From positions 1,635 to 65,634 of the forward strand of contig CAYLIV010000012.1 in NCBI GenBank assembly GCA_964384055.1: a stretch of 64,000 bases of DNA, read 5' to 3'. Within the stretch, counting starts at the first letter, position 1; the number at the start of each line of letters is the position of its first letter. Of this stretch, positions 1-9,604 are shown piece by piece. This DNA comes from an uncultured Fibrobacteraceae bacterium. GTDB taxonomy: Bacteria; Krumholzibacteriota; Krumholzibacteriia; LZORAL124-64-63. Under the pieces are notes generated by a model. That model searched no databases. It saw only the letters and a list, made by a program, of their open reading frames with translations, and had not been told where the DNA came from. The position numbers were made by a program, and so were the translations under genes.

Positions 1-2
1 AT

Positions 3-563
3 CTCGATGCGGCGGCGAAGGTCGTCGGCGTTTCGATAGCCGAACTCCACGCGGTGATGGCCGAGATGGACGAGCGTATCGACCAGACGCGAGTGTTCAT
101 GCAGCTCGCGGAGGAGGGCGTCGAGCCCGAATCACCACCGGCAGCCGAACGCGGCGCGAGCGCCGGCCGGGCGGAGAACTCGGCGACCGCAGGCGACACC
201 ACCGGCAGCAGGCCGAGCTTGCAGGTGGTCGTCATCGGTGGATCTCCCGATCGTGTCAGCTGGGTCCAGGGCCTGCTGACCCGATTCGGCCATGGTGTCG
301 TACCGATGAAAGCGTTCCTGGGCAAAGGGAGCGAGGCGCAGCAGGCCGACCTGGTTCTCGTCGATGTGCAGAGCATGACGCACCCGCAAATCGCGAAAGT
401 CGGCAAGATACTGGAAAACAGCTCGTCTCGGGTAGCGGTGGTGAAGCCGGATCAGCCGGCGCCGGAGCACGGGATCATGCTGGAGCGTTACCCGGGTTTG
501 CCGTATGCCTTCAGCGACGCAGACCTCGTCTCGGTCATGGGATCGACCGGTATTCCGGCCTGA
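3..563 (+). CDS. HDOD-family protein, C-terminal part (5'-truncated by window) with degenerate receiver-like domain
   Basis: Frame is open from the window edge. The segment RVFMQL...VSWVQGLL...VVPM..F...DLVLVD...F..ADL aligns with the C-terminus of the HDOD protein at 22628-23836. Confidence 0.7.
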   Translation, partial: LDAAAKVVGVSIAELHAVMAEMDERIDQTRVFMQLAEEGVEPESPPAAERGASAGRAENSATAGDTTGSRPSLQVVVIGGSPDRVSWVQGLLTRFGHGVVPMKAFLGKGSEAQQADLVLVDVQSMTHPQIAKVGKILENSSSRVAVVKPDQPAPEHGIMLERYPGLPYAFSDADLVSVMGSTGIPA

Positions 564-579
564 TCAGGCCGCTTCCCCT

Positions 580-1803
580 TCAGCTCGCCACCGGCTCTAC
601 ACCGGCACCATCCTGCTCGTTTGTCGCCGCTTGGTCGGCGGAGTTCTGGTCTTCCTGGGTCTCGATCCAGATCGGTTCTTCGATACCGAGGGTGTGGCTG
701 TAATTCTGCAGCTTCTCGAGCAGATTTTCGTTCACGACCTGTCCGGCGCTGACCAGCAGAACACCCGCCGTCGACTTCACATCACGGGCGAGGGTCATAT
801 CGCATAGCAGATCGCCGGTCAACATGGCGCGCTGACCGGTGCTGTCGGTATTCTCTTCGAAGATCCGGCAGAAGGCGTCCACCACCTTGGGATCGTAGTA
901 GCCGGTTCGTGCACGCAGGGTTTCGAAGGAATCGGCGGGACTGATCCCGCTGGCCTTCAGCGACTCGAAGTCGTTGATCACGTGCAGGATCCGTGCACCG
1001 ACCGGAATGTCATGGCCGGAAACCGGTTCGTCCGGGACGCCGGTGCCGTCGTAGTTCTTCATCTGGAGCCGGACGATGCGGGCGACGTCATCGAGTCGCG
1101 GAATATGGCTCAGAATCCGGGCGGTGATTTCGGGGAGCCGATCGACCTGATGCTGTTCTTCTTCGGTCAGTTGTTGGCCGTAATACAGTTTCGTGGTCAC
1201 TGCCTCGGTCAGCGTGATCGAACCGATCTGCGAGAACATGGCGGCGATCTCGATCTGCCAACGATCTTCGGAGCGCAGTGCCAGCGCCACGGAGATCGCC
1301 TGCTTCTTGATCCGGGTCACACGACCGAAGGCGGCCGGATCCGCCAGCGCCAGTACGTCCATCAGAGCCTGTACGCTTCCCTGCAACGTCTGCTCGAGCA
1401 GGACCTTCTCGGCGGTGAGCAGATGGTGCTGCTTGACCGCATCGACGAGCACGCCGCGCAGGACCGTGGCCGAGACCGGCTTGGTCATGAATCGGTAGAT
1501 ATGCCCGTAATTCACGGCATCGACGATGGTATCCATTTCGGCGAATCCGGTCAGCAGCAACCTGACCGTGTCCGGACACTTCGTATAGGCGTGTTTCAGA
1601 AAGGTCGCACCGTTCATCTGGGGCATTTTCATGTCGGACACGATGACCTCGAACGGCGCTTCGCGGTCGAGCATCTCGAGCCCCTCGGCTCCGCTCGTTG
1701 CCGTGGTCAGGTCGAAAGAGCCGCGCAGACTTCGTACCAGTGCCCGCAGGATCTTCTCGTCGTCGTCTACCAGAAGAACTCTGGGTTTTACTTTATCGGC
1801 CAC
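580..1803 (-). CDS. Response regulator with degenerate HD-GYP-like output domain (RpfG-like)
   Basis: N-terminal REC domain (VLLVDDD, VSDMKMP, FMTKP). HD-GYP-like region reads AAMFSQIG and NYDGTGVPD...IPVGARIL. GTG start with GGAG upstream. Confidence 0.88.
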   Translation of the reverse strand: MADKVKPRVLLVDDDEKILRALVRSLRGSFDLTTATSGAEGLEMLDREAPFEVIVSDMKMPQMNGATFLKHAYTKCPDTVRLLLTGFAEMDTIVDAVNYGHIYRFMTKPVSATVLRGVLVDAVKQHHLLTAEKVLLEQTLQGSVQALMDVLALADPAAFGRVTRIKKQAISVALALRSEDRWQIEIAAMFSQIGSITLTEAVTTKLYYGQQLTEEEQHQVDRLPEITARILSHIPRLDDVARIVRLQMKNYDGTGVPDEPVSGHDIPVGARILHVINDFESLKASGISPADSFETLRARTGYYDPKVVDAFCRIFEENTDSTGQRAMLTGDLLCDMTLARDVKSTAGVLLVSAGQVVNENLLEKLQNYSHTLGIEEPIWIETQEDQNSADQAATNEQDGAGVEPVAS

Positions 1804-1880
1804 TTTTCCACTCCCTGTCCGATTCGATGTTTCGACCCGGTTGCTGCCTGTTCAACCACCATCCGATCATCAGCCGATCA

Positions 1881-3134
1881 TCAGCCAATTGTCTCCTCGT
1901 CCGTCGCGCATCCGCACGGTTGCGGTTCGGTGGCGCAGGCGGGAATACGCACCGTAAAAGTGGTCCCGGAGCCCGGCGCCGATGCGCAGGCGATCGAACC
2001 GCCGAGTTTCTCCACGATGGTCGACCAGCAGATGAACAGACCCAGACCGGTTCCTTCGCCCACATCCTTGGTCGTGAAGAACTGGTCGAATATCCGGTCG
2101 CGAATATCATCCGGGATACCGTCGCCGGTATCGGATATGGTCATCACGACATCTGCTTCGTCCTGTAGCGTGCGTATCTCGATCGCGTCTTCGCGGTCCG
2201 CCTCGACCGGTCTGCGCTCGATGGCTTCGGTCGCGTTGAGAATCAGATTGAGCAGCACCTGTCCCATCTCATTCGAATTGCAGGCGATGGGCAGTACTTC
2301 GTCATAGTCGGTATGCACCGTCGTCCGCGCCTTGAACAGATGGGCGGCGACGGCGAGGGTGTCCCGGATCGTCCTGTTGAGATCGAGTTCCGCCTCGTTC
2401 TCGTCGTCCGTCGCCACGAAGTGCTGCATCGCCTTGATGACCATCGAGACCTGGCCGATGCCCTCGCGGGCCTCCTGAATCGAGACCGGGATCTCCTCGC
2501 GCAAGAACTCGAGATCCGCCTCCTCGACGGCCGCGTGCACGGCCTGTGACGACACGGAATCGCCGTCGACGCCGGGCGGCAGCTCGGTCACCGTTTTCAA
2601 CACATCGTCCAGCGTCGTGAACGAATCCTGCAGGAACTCCAGGCTATTGCCGATGTGCTGGATCGGTGAGTTGATCTCATGGGCGACGCCACCGGCGAGG
2701 TTGCCGATCGATTCCATCTTGCGGGCCTGGAACAGCGCCTGACTCTTCTCGAGGATCGATTTCTCGTAGGCGAGGGTACGCACACCGACGCCGATCCGGC
2801 TTTTCAACTCGGCAGCGTTTACCGGTTTGGTGACGTAGTCGTGTGCGCCGGCTTCGAGCGCCGCCACCACGTTTTTCGATTCGGTCAGGCTGGTTACCAG
2901 GATCGTGTAGGTCAACGGACTGTCGTCGCCGTGCACCTCGTTGCAGACATCGAGGCCGCTTTTGCCCGGCATCATCCAGTCCAGGATCGCCAGGCGAGGC
3001 GCATCGTCCTCGCGTAAGAACTGCAGCGCTTGCTCACCGTCCTCGGCGGTGACCGGATCGAAGCCCCACTTGGTCGTCAGGCTCTTGAGCATCTTCCGCG
3101 TTGTCGGGTCGTCATCGGCGATCAATATGCGCAT
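1881..3134 (-). CDS. Hybrid receiver-histidine kinase (NtrB-like)
   Basis: REC domain (ILIADDD, LDWMMP, YVTKP), H-box GVAHEINSP, N-box LLNLILNA, G-boxes ISDTGDGI and FTTKDVGEGTGLGL. Confidence 0.92.
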   Translation of the reverse strand: MRILIADDDPTTRKMLKSLTTKWGFDPVTAEDGEQALQFLREDDAPRLAILDWMMPGKSGLDVCNEVHGDDSPLTYTILVTSLTESKNVVAALEAGAHDYVTKPVNAAELKSRIGVGVRTLAYEKSILEKSQALFQARKMESIGNLAGGVAHEINSPIQHIGNSLEFLQDSFTTLDDVLKTVTELPPGVDGDSVSSQAVHAAVEEADLEFLREEIPVSIQEAREGIGQVSMVIKAMQHFVATDDENEAELDLNRTIRDTLAVAAHLFKARTTVHTDYDEVLPIACNSNEMGQVLLNLILNATEAIERRPVEADREDAIEIRTLQDEADVVMTISDTGDGIPDDIRDRIFDQFFTTKDVGEGTGLGLFICWSTIVEKLGGSIACASAPGSGTTFTVRIPACATEPQPCGCATDEETIG

Positions 3135-3336
3135 GGTGCCATCTCTCGTCTGGCCGTGGTTGCCGGCAAGCATGGGTGAATTCGTTTCCGGTCCAGCCCC
3201 GGGTCGGCGCCGCGGGCGAACGGGAACGCGACCCGAAACCAGGTATTTCAGTACGAATTACTTAGTGGAAATATCGGCTGCCGGCGGCAATCCTTGAGGC
3301 GAATACGGCAGGAAATCCGCTCCTGGCGGCCCGGAA

Positions 3337-4332
3337 CTACCACGGCGCCGCGAATTCCTCACGGTGCCAGTCAATGAGATGGCGGATGCCGTCGCGCAGG
3401 CCCACAGCCGGCTCGAAACCCAGGGCGGTCACGGCTGCGGTGTCGGCGATCATCTTGTCCACGTCGCCCGGCCAGCTCTGCATGGTATACTCGATTTCCG
3501 GTCGCGGGATGTCCACGAGCTCGACAATCAGTTCGACCAGGTCGCGAATGCTGATCGGCTTGCCGCCCGCGATATTGTAGACGTTGCCCCGCGCGTCGGG
3601 GTGGCAGCCCACGCGCAAGAGTGCCAGCACCGAATCCCCGACGTAGTTGTAATCGCGCACCTGCAGGCCCGTACCCAGCACTTCCAGGTGCTGCTGGTCG
3701 CGCCGCAGCTTCTCGAGCAGGTCGAACATCACATACTTGCGCTGGCGCGGACCGAAGGTGTTGAAGATGCGCACGCGTCGCAGGTCGAAGTCGTAGCAAC
3801 GGGCGAAGGCGTCGAGCAGGAACTCACCGCCGAGCTTGGTGCCGCCGTACGGGCTCTTGGGCAGGAAAGGATGGTCTTCGGCCATCCGGTCGGTCTGCGG
3901 TTCGCCGTACACCGCCGCCGAGGAGGCGAACAGCAGGCGACCGCTTCCGTGCTTGCGCATGGCGTCGGCCATACGGAACAAACCGATACCGTTGGCCTCG
4001 AAATCGTAGGCCGGATCCGCCGACGAACGCGGCACGAGGGCGTTGGCGGCCAGGTGGAATACGTAGTCACGGCCGGCGATCACGTCCTCGACCAGGGCGG
4101 CGTCGGTGATCGAGCCTTCCCGGAAATCTATGCTGTCAATAACGTTATCGAGATTGTCACGCCTACCGTCGGCAAGGTTGTCCACCACGCAGATCTGCGC
4201 GCCGTACTCGACGAGCGTATCGACCAGATGGGAACCGATGAAGCCCGCACCACCGGTCACGAGCACCTTTTTGCCTGCGTACTGCTGTCGTAAATCCATG
4301 TGTGTAGCCCCATCAGCGTTGAAGTCGGTCAA
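3337..4332 (-). CDS. NAD-dependent nucleotide-sugar epimerase/dehydratase (extended SDR)
   Basis: TGGAGFIGSH Rossmann motif, SSAAVYG, YGGTK (YxxxK), FNTFGPRQ, RDYNYV. The start could instead be the ATG at 4299. Confidence 0.9.
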   Translation of the reverse strand: MTDFNADGATHMDLRQQYAGKKVLVTGGAGFIGSHLVDTLVEYGAQICVVDNLADGRRDNLDNVIDSIDFREGSITDAALVEDVIAGRDYVFHLAANALVPRSSADPAYDFEANGIGLFRMADAMRKHGSGRLLFASSAAVYGEPQTDRMAEDHPFLPKSPYGGTKLGGEFLLDAFARCYDFDLRRVRIFNTFGPRQRKYVMFDLLEKLRRDQQHLEVLGTGLQVRDYNYVGDSVLALLRVGCHPDARGNVYNIAGGKPISIRDLVELIVELVDIPRPEIEYTMQSWPGDVDKMIADTAAVTALGFEPAVGLRDGIRHLIDWHREEFAAPW

Positions 4333-4494
4333 GCCATCGCGTCCGCGGCCGATAATCAGCGACGAATTCTAGTACCGACGCGGCGACCGGTCAACCCGGA
4401 CCGCAAACAGTGCGTCAGAGGCTATTTCGCGCGAATACAGCGCACCTTGAGCACCGTTCCCGTTTACCGGGCCGACGAGCGTCCCGTTTGGCGA

Positions 4495-4523
4495 TTGCCT
4501 ATCCGTCGGTGCGGCACTATCAT
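4495..4523 (+). promoter_or_regulatory. Putative sigma70 promoter for gmd-flippase
   Basis: TTGCCT-N17-TATCAT about 55 bp upstream of the gmd ATG. Confidence 0.5.
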
Positions 4524-4579
4524 GAACCGTCACTCGGCGACGAGATGAACGACAACGACCAGGATCCAGGAGGAACCAG

Positions 4580-5575
4580 ATGACCGAGAAAGCTACCCCG
4601 CGGCGAGCTTTGATCACCGGAATAACCGGACAGGACGGTTCCTATCTCGCGGATCTGTTGCTGGACGAGGGCTACGAGGTGTACGGCTGCCTGCGCCGGA
4701 CCAGCACCGAGACCATCGAGCGCATCAATCATATCAAGGACCGCATCCATTTCGTCCAGGCCGATCTGACGGATCAGACCTCGGTGATCAGCGCCGTCAA
4801 CGAGATCAGACCCCACGAGGTCTATAACCTGGCCGCCCAGTCCTTTGTGCCAACTTCCTGGCAACAGCCCATCCTGACGGCCGACGTGACGGCGCTGGGC
4901 GCCACGCGCATGCTCGAGGCCATCCGCATGGTGGACACCTCGATCCGCTACTACCAGGCGTCATCGAGCGAGATGTTCGGCAAGGTGCAGGAGCCCCGGC
5001 AGAGCGAGGCGACGCCGCTCTACCCGCGCAGCCCCTACGGCGTGGCCAAGGTCTACGCGCACTGGATAACCATAAATTACCGCGAGAGTTACGACATGTA
5101 CGCGGTCTCGGGTATCCTCTTCAATCACGAATCGCCGCGGCGTGGTCTCGAGTTCGTGACCCGCAAGATCAGTCACCACGTGGCCATGATCAAGCTGGGC
5201 CTGATCGATGAGCTGCGTCTGGGCAACCTGGAGGCCAAGCGGGACTGGGGCTACGCCCTGGACTACGTGCGGGCCATGTGGCTGATGATGCAACAGGACC
5301 AGCCGCAGGACTACGTGATCTCCAGCGGGGAGTCCCATTCGGTGCGGGAGTTCTGCGAAATCGCCTTCGATCACGTCGGCCTGAACTACGAGGAGCACGT
5401 GGTCACCGATCCCAAGTTCTACCGCCCGGCGGAGGTCAACGTGCTGCTCGGCGATTCCGCGAAGGCAGCCAAGGAACTCGGCTGGCAACGCGAAACCACC
5501 TTCGAGGAGCTGGTGAAGTTGATGGTGGACGCGGACCTCGAACTGCTCAAGGCGGAATCAGTCAGGACGCGGTAG
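4580..5575 (+). CDS. gmd: GDP-mannose 4,6-dehydratase
   Basis: ALITGITGQDGSYLA, YNLAAQSFV, YQASSSEMFG, PRSPYGVAK, NHESPRRG, GNLEAKRDWG; RBS GGAGG. Confidence 0.97.
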   Translation: MTEKATPRRALITGITGQDGSYLADLLLDEGYEVYGCLRRTSTETIERINHIKDRIHFVQADLTDQTSVISAVNEIRPHEVYNLAAQSFVPTSWQQPILTADVTALGATRMLEAIRMVDTSIRYYQASSSEMFGKVQEPRQSEATPLYPRSPYGVAKVYAHWITINYRESYDMYAVSGILFNHESPRRGLEFVTRKISHHVAMIKLGLIDELRLGNLEAKRDWGYALDYVRAMWLMMQQDQPQDYVISSGESHSVREFCEIAFDHVGLNYEEHVVTDPKFYRPAEVNVLLGDSAKAAKELGWQRETTFEELVKLMVDADLELLKAESVRTR

Positions 5576-5579
5576 ACGC

Positions 5580-7136
5580 GTGTTGTCACGCCTCCGCAAA
5601 CTACTGTTCGAAGGTGAAGTGCTGCGCTTGATGGGCTTGTTCCTCCTGGTCAAGCCCATCGGACTGGTCACCCAGATGCTCACGGCGCGCTACTTCGGCG
5701 CGGGTGCGGCCCTCGATGCCTGGTCCACCGTGATGTTCCTGATCGGTTTTCTGGAAACGCCGGTCAACCTGACATTTACCGCTTCGGTCATTCCCTTCTT
5801 CATCCGACTGCGCGACCGGCTGTCACGTCGACAGCTGCTGGGAGTCCAAAACTCGGCCCTCCTGGCGTTCATGTTGCCGGTGCTGGCGTACATCACGTTG
5901 CTGTATTTCCGCAGCGACTGGGTACTCCAGGTCATCGGCCGCAATCTGCCGGACGAAACGCGTGACCATGTGTTGCGCCTCGTGGCCTACGTCGCCCTGC
6001 CCGGGATCGCGGCCTGCGCCCTGCCCCTGCTGAAGGGAATCCTCAACCTCAATCGGCGCTTTCGCGTGGTGGGGGCCATGCCGCTGTTCAACGGCGTGTC
6101 GATATTGCTGGCGGTCGTACTGCTCCACAAACAGCTGGGTATCTACGCGCTGCCCGTCGGTTATGCGGTGTCTCGGATCGGCCAGCTGTTGATCCTCGGC
6201 GCGTTCGCCCTCAAGACACGCTGCCTGGGACTGGTCCGGCCGGTGGCGCCGGGCGGCGCCATGTCCCGCCTGTGGGTGCTGACCCGCACCCTCGCCATCG
6301 CCAACCTCATTCTGGCGGTCCATGCCACCATCGACAAGATCTTCGCCACCGGGCTGGCCGAGGGCAGTGTCTCGTCCATCTTCTACTCGATGGTGATCAT
6401 CAATCTCGGCACGCAGCTGTTCAGTGTGAGCCTGGTGACGGTCATGTTCACCAGGATGTCGGAGCTGATCGCCGACGAGGACATCGCCGGCTTCAACGAA
6501 TACCTCTCCCAGAACATCGCCCGGGTCGTGCGGATCGTCGTGCCGGTGGCGCTGGCCTTGAGCGTGTCGAGTGACGAGATCGTCAAGGCGCTGTTCGAGC
6601 GCGGCGCCTTCGACTACCGCGACGTGATCCGTACTCGCTCTGTGCTGTCGTTCTATCTGCTCGGCCTGCCGGCGTTGATCCTCAACTTCCTCGTCAACCG
6701 CACCTATCACTCCCTGCAGCGGCTGACCGAGCGCATCTGGTTGAACATACAGGTTCTGGCGACCAATTTCATCGGCAACCTGATCCTGGTCAAAATCCTG
6801 CAGGTCACCGGACTGGCCATCTCCACGTCGGTCTCCATCAACATCCACATCGTCCTGTCGCTCTGGCTGCTCCATCGGTTCCGGCTCGGCCTGCAGGTCG
6901 GCCGCTGGGCGGCGCTGATCGGTCGCTCGTATGCCCTGGGCGTGCTGACCTATCTAGTCTACCGGCTGACGGGTTTCGGGCGGGTCATGGATGCCTGGCA
7001 GCTGGACGATACCTCCGTGGGCTGTGTCGGCGTCGCCGCGGTCAAGGCAGCGTTCATCCTGATCGTTTTCACCGCCGGCTATCTGGTCTGGCGCCGGATT
7101 TCCCCGCTCCAGCACACGACCGAGATCGACGCCTGA
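5580..7136 (+). CDS. MurJ/MviN-like (MOP family) flippase, probably for polysaccharide export
   Basis: Many hydrophobic helices; motifs ARYFGAGAALDA, IDKIFATGLAEGSVS, LFERGAF, YLLGLP; directly downstream of gmd. Confidence 0.82.
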   Translation: MLSRLRKLLFEGEVLRLMGLFLLVKPIGLVTQMLTARYFGAGAALDAWSTVMFLIGFLETPVNLTFTASVIPFFIRLRDRLSRRQLLGVQNSALLAFMLPVLAYITLLYFRSDWVLQVIGRNLPDETRDHVLRLVAYVALPGIAACALPLLKGILNLNRRFRVVGAMPLFNGVSILLAVVLLHKQLGIYALPVGYAVSRIGQLLILGAFALKTRCLGLVRPVAPGGAMSRLWVLTRTLAIANLILAVHATIDKIFATGLAEGSVSSIFYSMVIINLGTQLFSVSLVTVMFTRMSELIADEDIAGFNEYLSQNIARVVRIVVPVALALSVSSDEIVKALFERGAFDYRDVIRTRSVLSFYLLGLPALILNFLVNRTYHSLQRLTERIWLNIQVLATNFIGNLILVKILQVTGLAISTSVSINIHIVLSLWLLHRFRLGLQVGRWAALIGRSYALGVLTYLVYRLTGFGRVMDAWQLDDTSVGCVGVAAVKAAFILIVFTAGYLVWRRISPLQHTTEIDA

Positions 7137-7263
7137 CCGACCGCCTGCTTCCGTACGGTGTCGAGGCGCGCGGTACGACGGCGGCTTCCTGGTCCGCCGC
7201 ATCCGTCCGGTCGTCCTGGCGGCGGCTGTAGACGACGTCCGACTCCACGCGACGCGAAAATCA

Positions 7264-7272
7264 TGGTATACT
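7264..7272 (+). promoter_or_regulatory. Putative extended -10 promoter
   Basis: TG-G-TATACT about 40 bp upstream of the GTG at 7314. Confidence 0.45.
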
Positions 7273-7313
7273 CGAACGCGAGGACAACCGTGGCGGCAAC
7301 CGGGGAGGTACTC

Positions 7314-7943
7314 GTGTTTCTGCAGTTACGTTCCGCTCGGGGATGGCCGGGCGCGCCGGTGTTCCGGTTGCTGATCGGCCTGGCCGCCGCCGTCTCGATG
7401 GCCTGCGGTACGACGGCGTTGGCCCAGGTCGGTTGCGACGAACTCGCACCGCTCGACGCCGTGCCCGCCGCGCAGATCTGTGCCGGCTTCAGCTTTGACG
7501 GCGCACCATATGTCGCGCACAACGCGGAAGAGCTGCAGGTAGTCGTCAACGGGGGCTATACCACATACACCGATCGCGGTTTCATCGAGGCGGTCTTCCA
7601 GAACTACACCGTGGATCTGGGCAGTCCGGTCGGGGCGATGCTGAGCCTGTTCAACCAGGGCGAGACGGCCAACGCGGTGGACCTGTACGGGGAGCTCGAC
7701 GTGCCCGGCACGGTACCGATTGCCGATTGGACGGGCAGCGGCCTGGCGCGTTCCTTCGTGACCGGCTTCGCGACGGAGGTCCAGTTCCAGGAACTGTGCT
7801 TCTACGGCAGCGTCCTGATCATGTCGGGCGAAGACGAGGCGCTGGCCAGCGCCCGCTGCCTGGGCGAAGCGATCTGCGACTTGATCTACACCACGCCGTC
7901 GGCGACCTGTCCCTGGGGGAAGGCGAAGACGGTTTTCCATTAG
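7314..7943 (+). CDS. Secreted DUF6599-like protein with short C-terminal WxxxKxxFH motif
   Basis: RBS GGGGAGG then GTG; signal peptide ending TTALA-Q; core VVNGGYTTYTDRGF aligns with IINGGWELFATYGF (17862) and YINGGAELFLEFGF (47547). Confidence 0.62.
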   Translation: MFLQLRSARGWPGAPVFRLLIGLAAAVSMACGTTALAQVGCDELAPLDAVPAAQICAGFSFDGAPYVAHNAEELQVVVNGGYTTYTDRGFIEAVFQNYTVDLGSPVGAMLSLFNQGETANAVDLYGELDVPGTVPIADWTGSGLARSFVTGFATEVQFQELCFYGSVLIMSGEDEALASARCLGEAICDLIYTTPSATCPWGKAKTVFH

Positions 7944-8029
7944 CGGGTACCTGGCGAGAGGACGACTCTGCATCCAGAAACACGTCGATTCCGGCGACCG
8001 GCAGATCTACCAGACGGAGGGAATTTGGT

Positions 8030-9535
8030 ATGAGTAACGCGGACAAACCCGACTCGAATAACCACCAGCCGGCCGCGGACGAGCCCCGCCCGGTCACCCA
8101 TCACGACAATCTACGACCAGGCGCATGGAAGGATGGCGCGCCCTCGCGACGCGAGTTCCTCGGCTATACCGCGCTGGGAGCGGCCGGCCTGATCATGGGG
8201 CCGCGTCTGCTGGCGCCCGAACAGGCCCATGCCGGCCCGGGTCGCAGCCGCCGCGCCCAGAACGCCAAGATCGTCCGCGCCCATCATCCCGACGCGACCA
8301 GCCATATGAACACGGTGCACCAGGAGCCGGTCGACGACATGGTGCACGCCGCGATCCGGGAACTGACCGGCATCGGCGACACCGCCGCGGCCTGGGCGAG
8401 CCTCTTTCCCGATCTCACCGTGAGCAAGAAGATCGCCATCAAGATCAATCTCGCCTGCGGCGACGTGCCGACCCATCCCCAGGTGATCAACGCCATCATC
8501 GACGGCATCCTGATGGTCGACATCGGTGGGCAGACATTGCCCGAGGAGAACATCATCGTCTGGGATCTGGACAACGCCTTCCTGTGCGCGCAGACCGGTT
8601 ACGTGCCGAACTGGGGGGGACCTGGCGTGCAGTACGTGGGCACCGACCATCCGAGCGTCGGCTTCGACATGTTGTACGCCTTTCCCATCAGTCATCCCGA
8701 CGATTCGACGACCTACCACCATCCGTCACGGATCCTCACCCAGCACTGCGACTACCTGATCAACGCCGCGGTGATCAAGGACCACAGCGACTCCGAGGTG
8801 ACGCTCTGCCTGAAGAACCACTACGGGTCCTTCGACAACATCGCCATCAACGAGTTGCACCAGCACTGGTACTACGGCGACGGTCATGAACGCGGCGAGC
8901 CGGAGCTGAACCGGGTTCTGCGCGATGAACTCGGCGACAAGACGGTGCTGTACCTCATCGACGCCACCCTGGGGCTGTACGACGGCGGACCCGGCTACAT
9001 ACCACCCTGGCACACGCCGCCCAACTGGGCCTACAACAGCCTGCTGGCGGGCTTCGATCCGGTGGCCATCGACCGGATCGGGACCGAGAAGCTCACCGCG
9101 GAACGGCTGCAGCACGGGATCGAAACGCCGCTGGACCCGAGCCACGTGCGTTTCGCGGCCCAGCCGCCATACGAACTGGGTACGGACGATCTGGCGGAGA
9201 TCGATCTGGTCGAGATCGATGCGTCGACGGCCGTGCAGCCGGACGCGATCGGCGTACGATCGGTGGCGCTGCTGGCGCCGTATCCCAACCCGACACAGTC
9301 GTCGAGCACGGTGCGCTTCCGCTGCGGGACGGCAACCGAGGCCGACTTGCGGATCGTCGATGTGCGCGGCCGGCAGATACGGCAGCTGGCAACCGGCGCC
9401 TACGCTCCGGGTACGCATCGTTTCCTGTGGGACGGGCGCGACGACGGCGGCCGCGCCGTGCCGAGCGGTGTGTATTTCTGTTTGCTCGATTCGCAGGTCG
9501 GAGTGCAGAGACGGCGGGTCACGCTGGTGCGTTAG
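8030..9535 (+). CDS. Tat-exported DUF362 protein with FlgD-Ig/T9SS-like C-terminal domain
   Basis: RBS GGAGG; SRREFLG twin-arginine motif; KIN, INAAVIKDH, LKNHYG, D...GGP, DPVAID; C-terminal YPNP...WDGRDDGGRAVPSGVYF. Confidence 0.85.
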   Translation: MSNADKPDSNNHQPAADEPRPVTHHDNLRPGAWKDGAPSRREFLGYTALGAAGLIMGPRLLAPEQAHAGPGRSRRAQNAKIVRAHHPDATSHMNTVHQEPVDDMVHAAIRELTGIGDTAAAWASLFPDLTVSKKIAIKINLACGDVPTHPQVINAIIDGILMVDIGGQTLPEENIIVWDLDNAFLCAQTGYVPNWGGPGVQYVGTDHPSVGFDMLYAFPISHPDDSTTYHHPSRILTQHCDYLINAAVIKDHSDSEVTLCLKNHYGSFDNIAINELHQHWYYGDGHERGEPELNRVLRDELGDKTVLYLIDATLGLYDGGPGYIPPWHTPPNWAYNSLLAGFDPVAIDRIGTEKLTAERLQHGIETPLDPSHVRFAAQPPYELGTDDLAEIDLVEIDASTAVQPDAIGVRSVALLAPYPNPTQSSSTVRFRCGTATEADLRIVDVRGRQIRQLATGAYAPGTHRFLWDGRDDGGRAVPSGVYFCLLDSQVGVQRRRVTLVR

Positions 9536-9604
9536 CGGGCCGAGCCCTTCCGGGGGCCACCGACGGAGCTGCTCGGTTCGAGACCGGCCACCGCGTTGCG
9601 ATCG

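Noticed and set aside
5580-7136. Calling the flippase the housekeeping lipid II flippase murJ
   Set aside because: The sequence is divergent and directly follows gmd, so a polysaccharide-specific paralogue is equally likely. No gene symbol is given.
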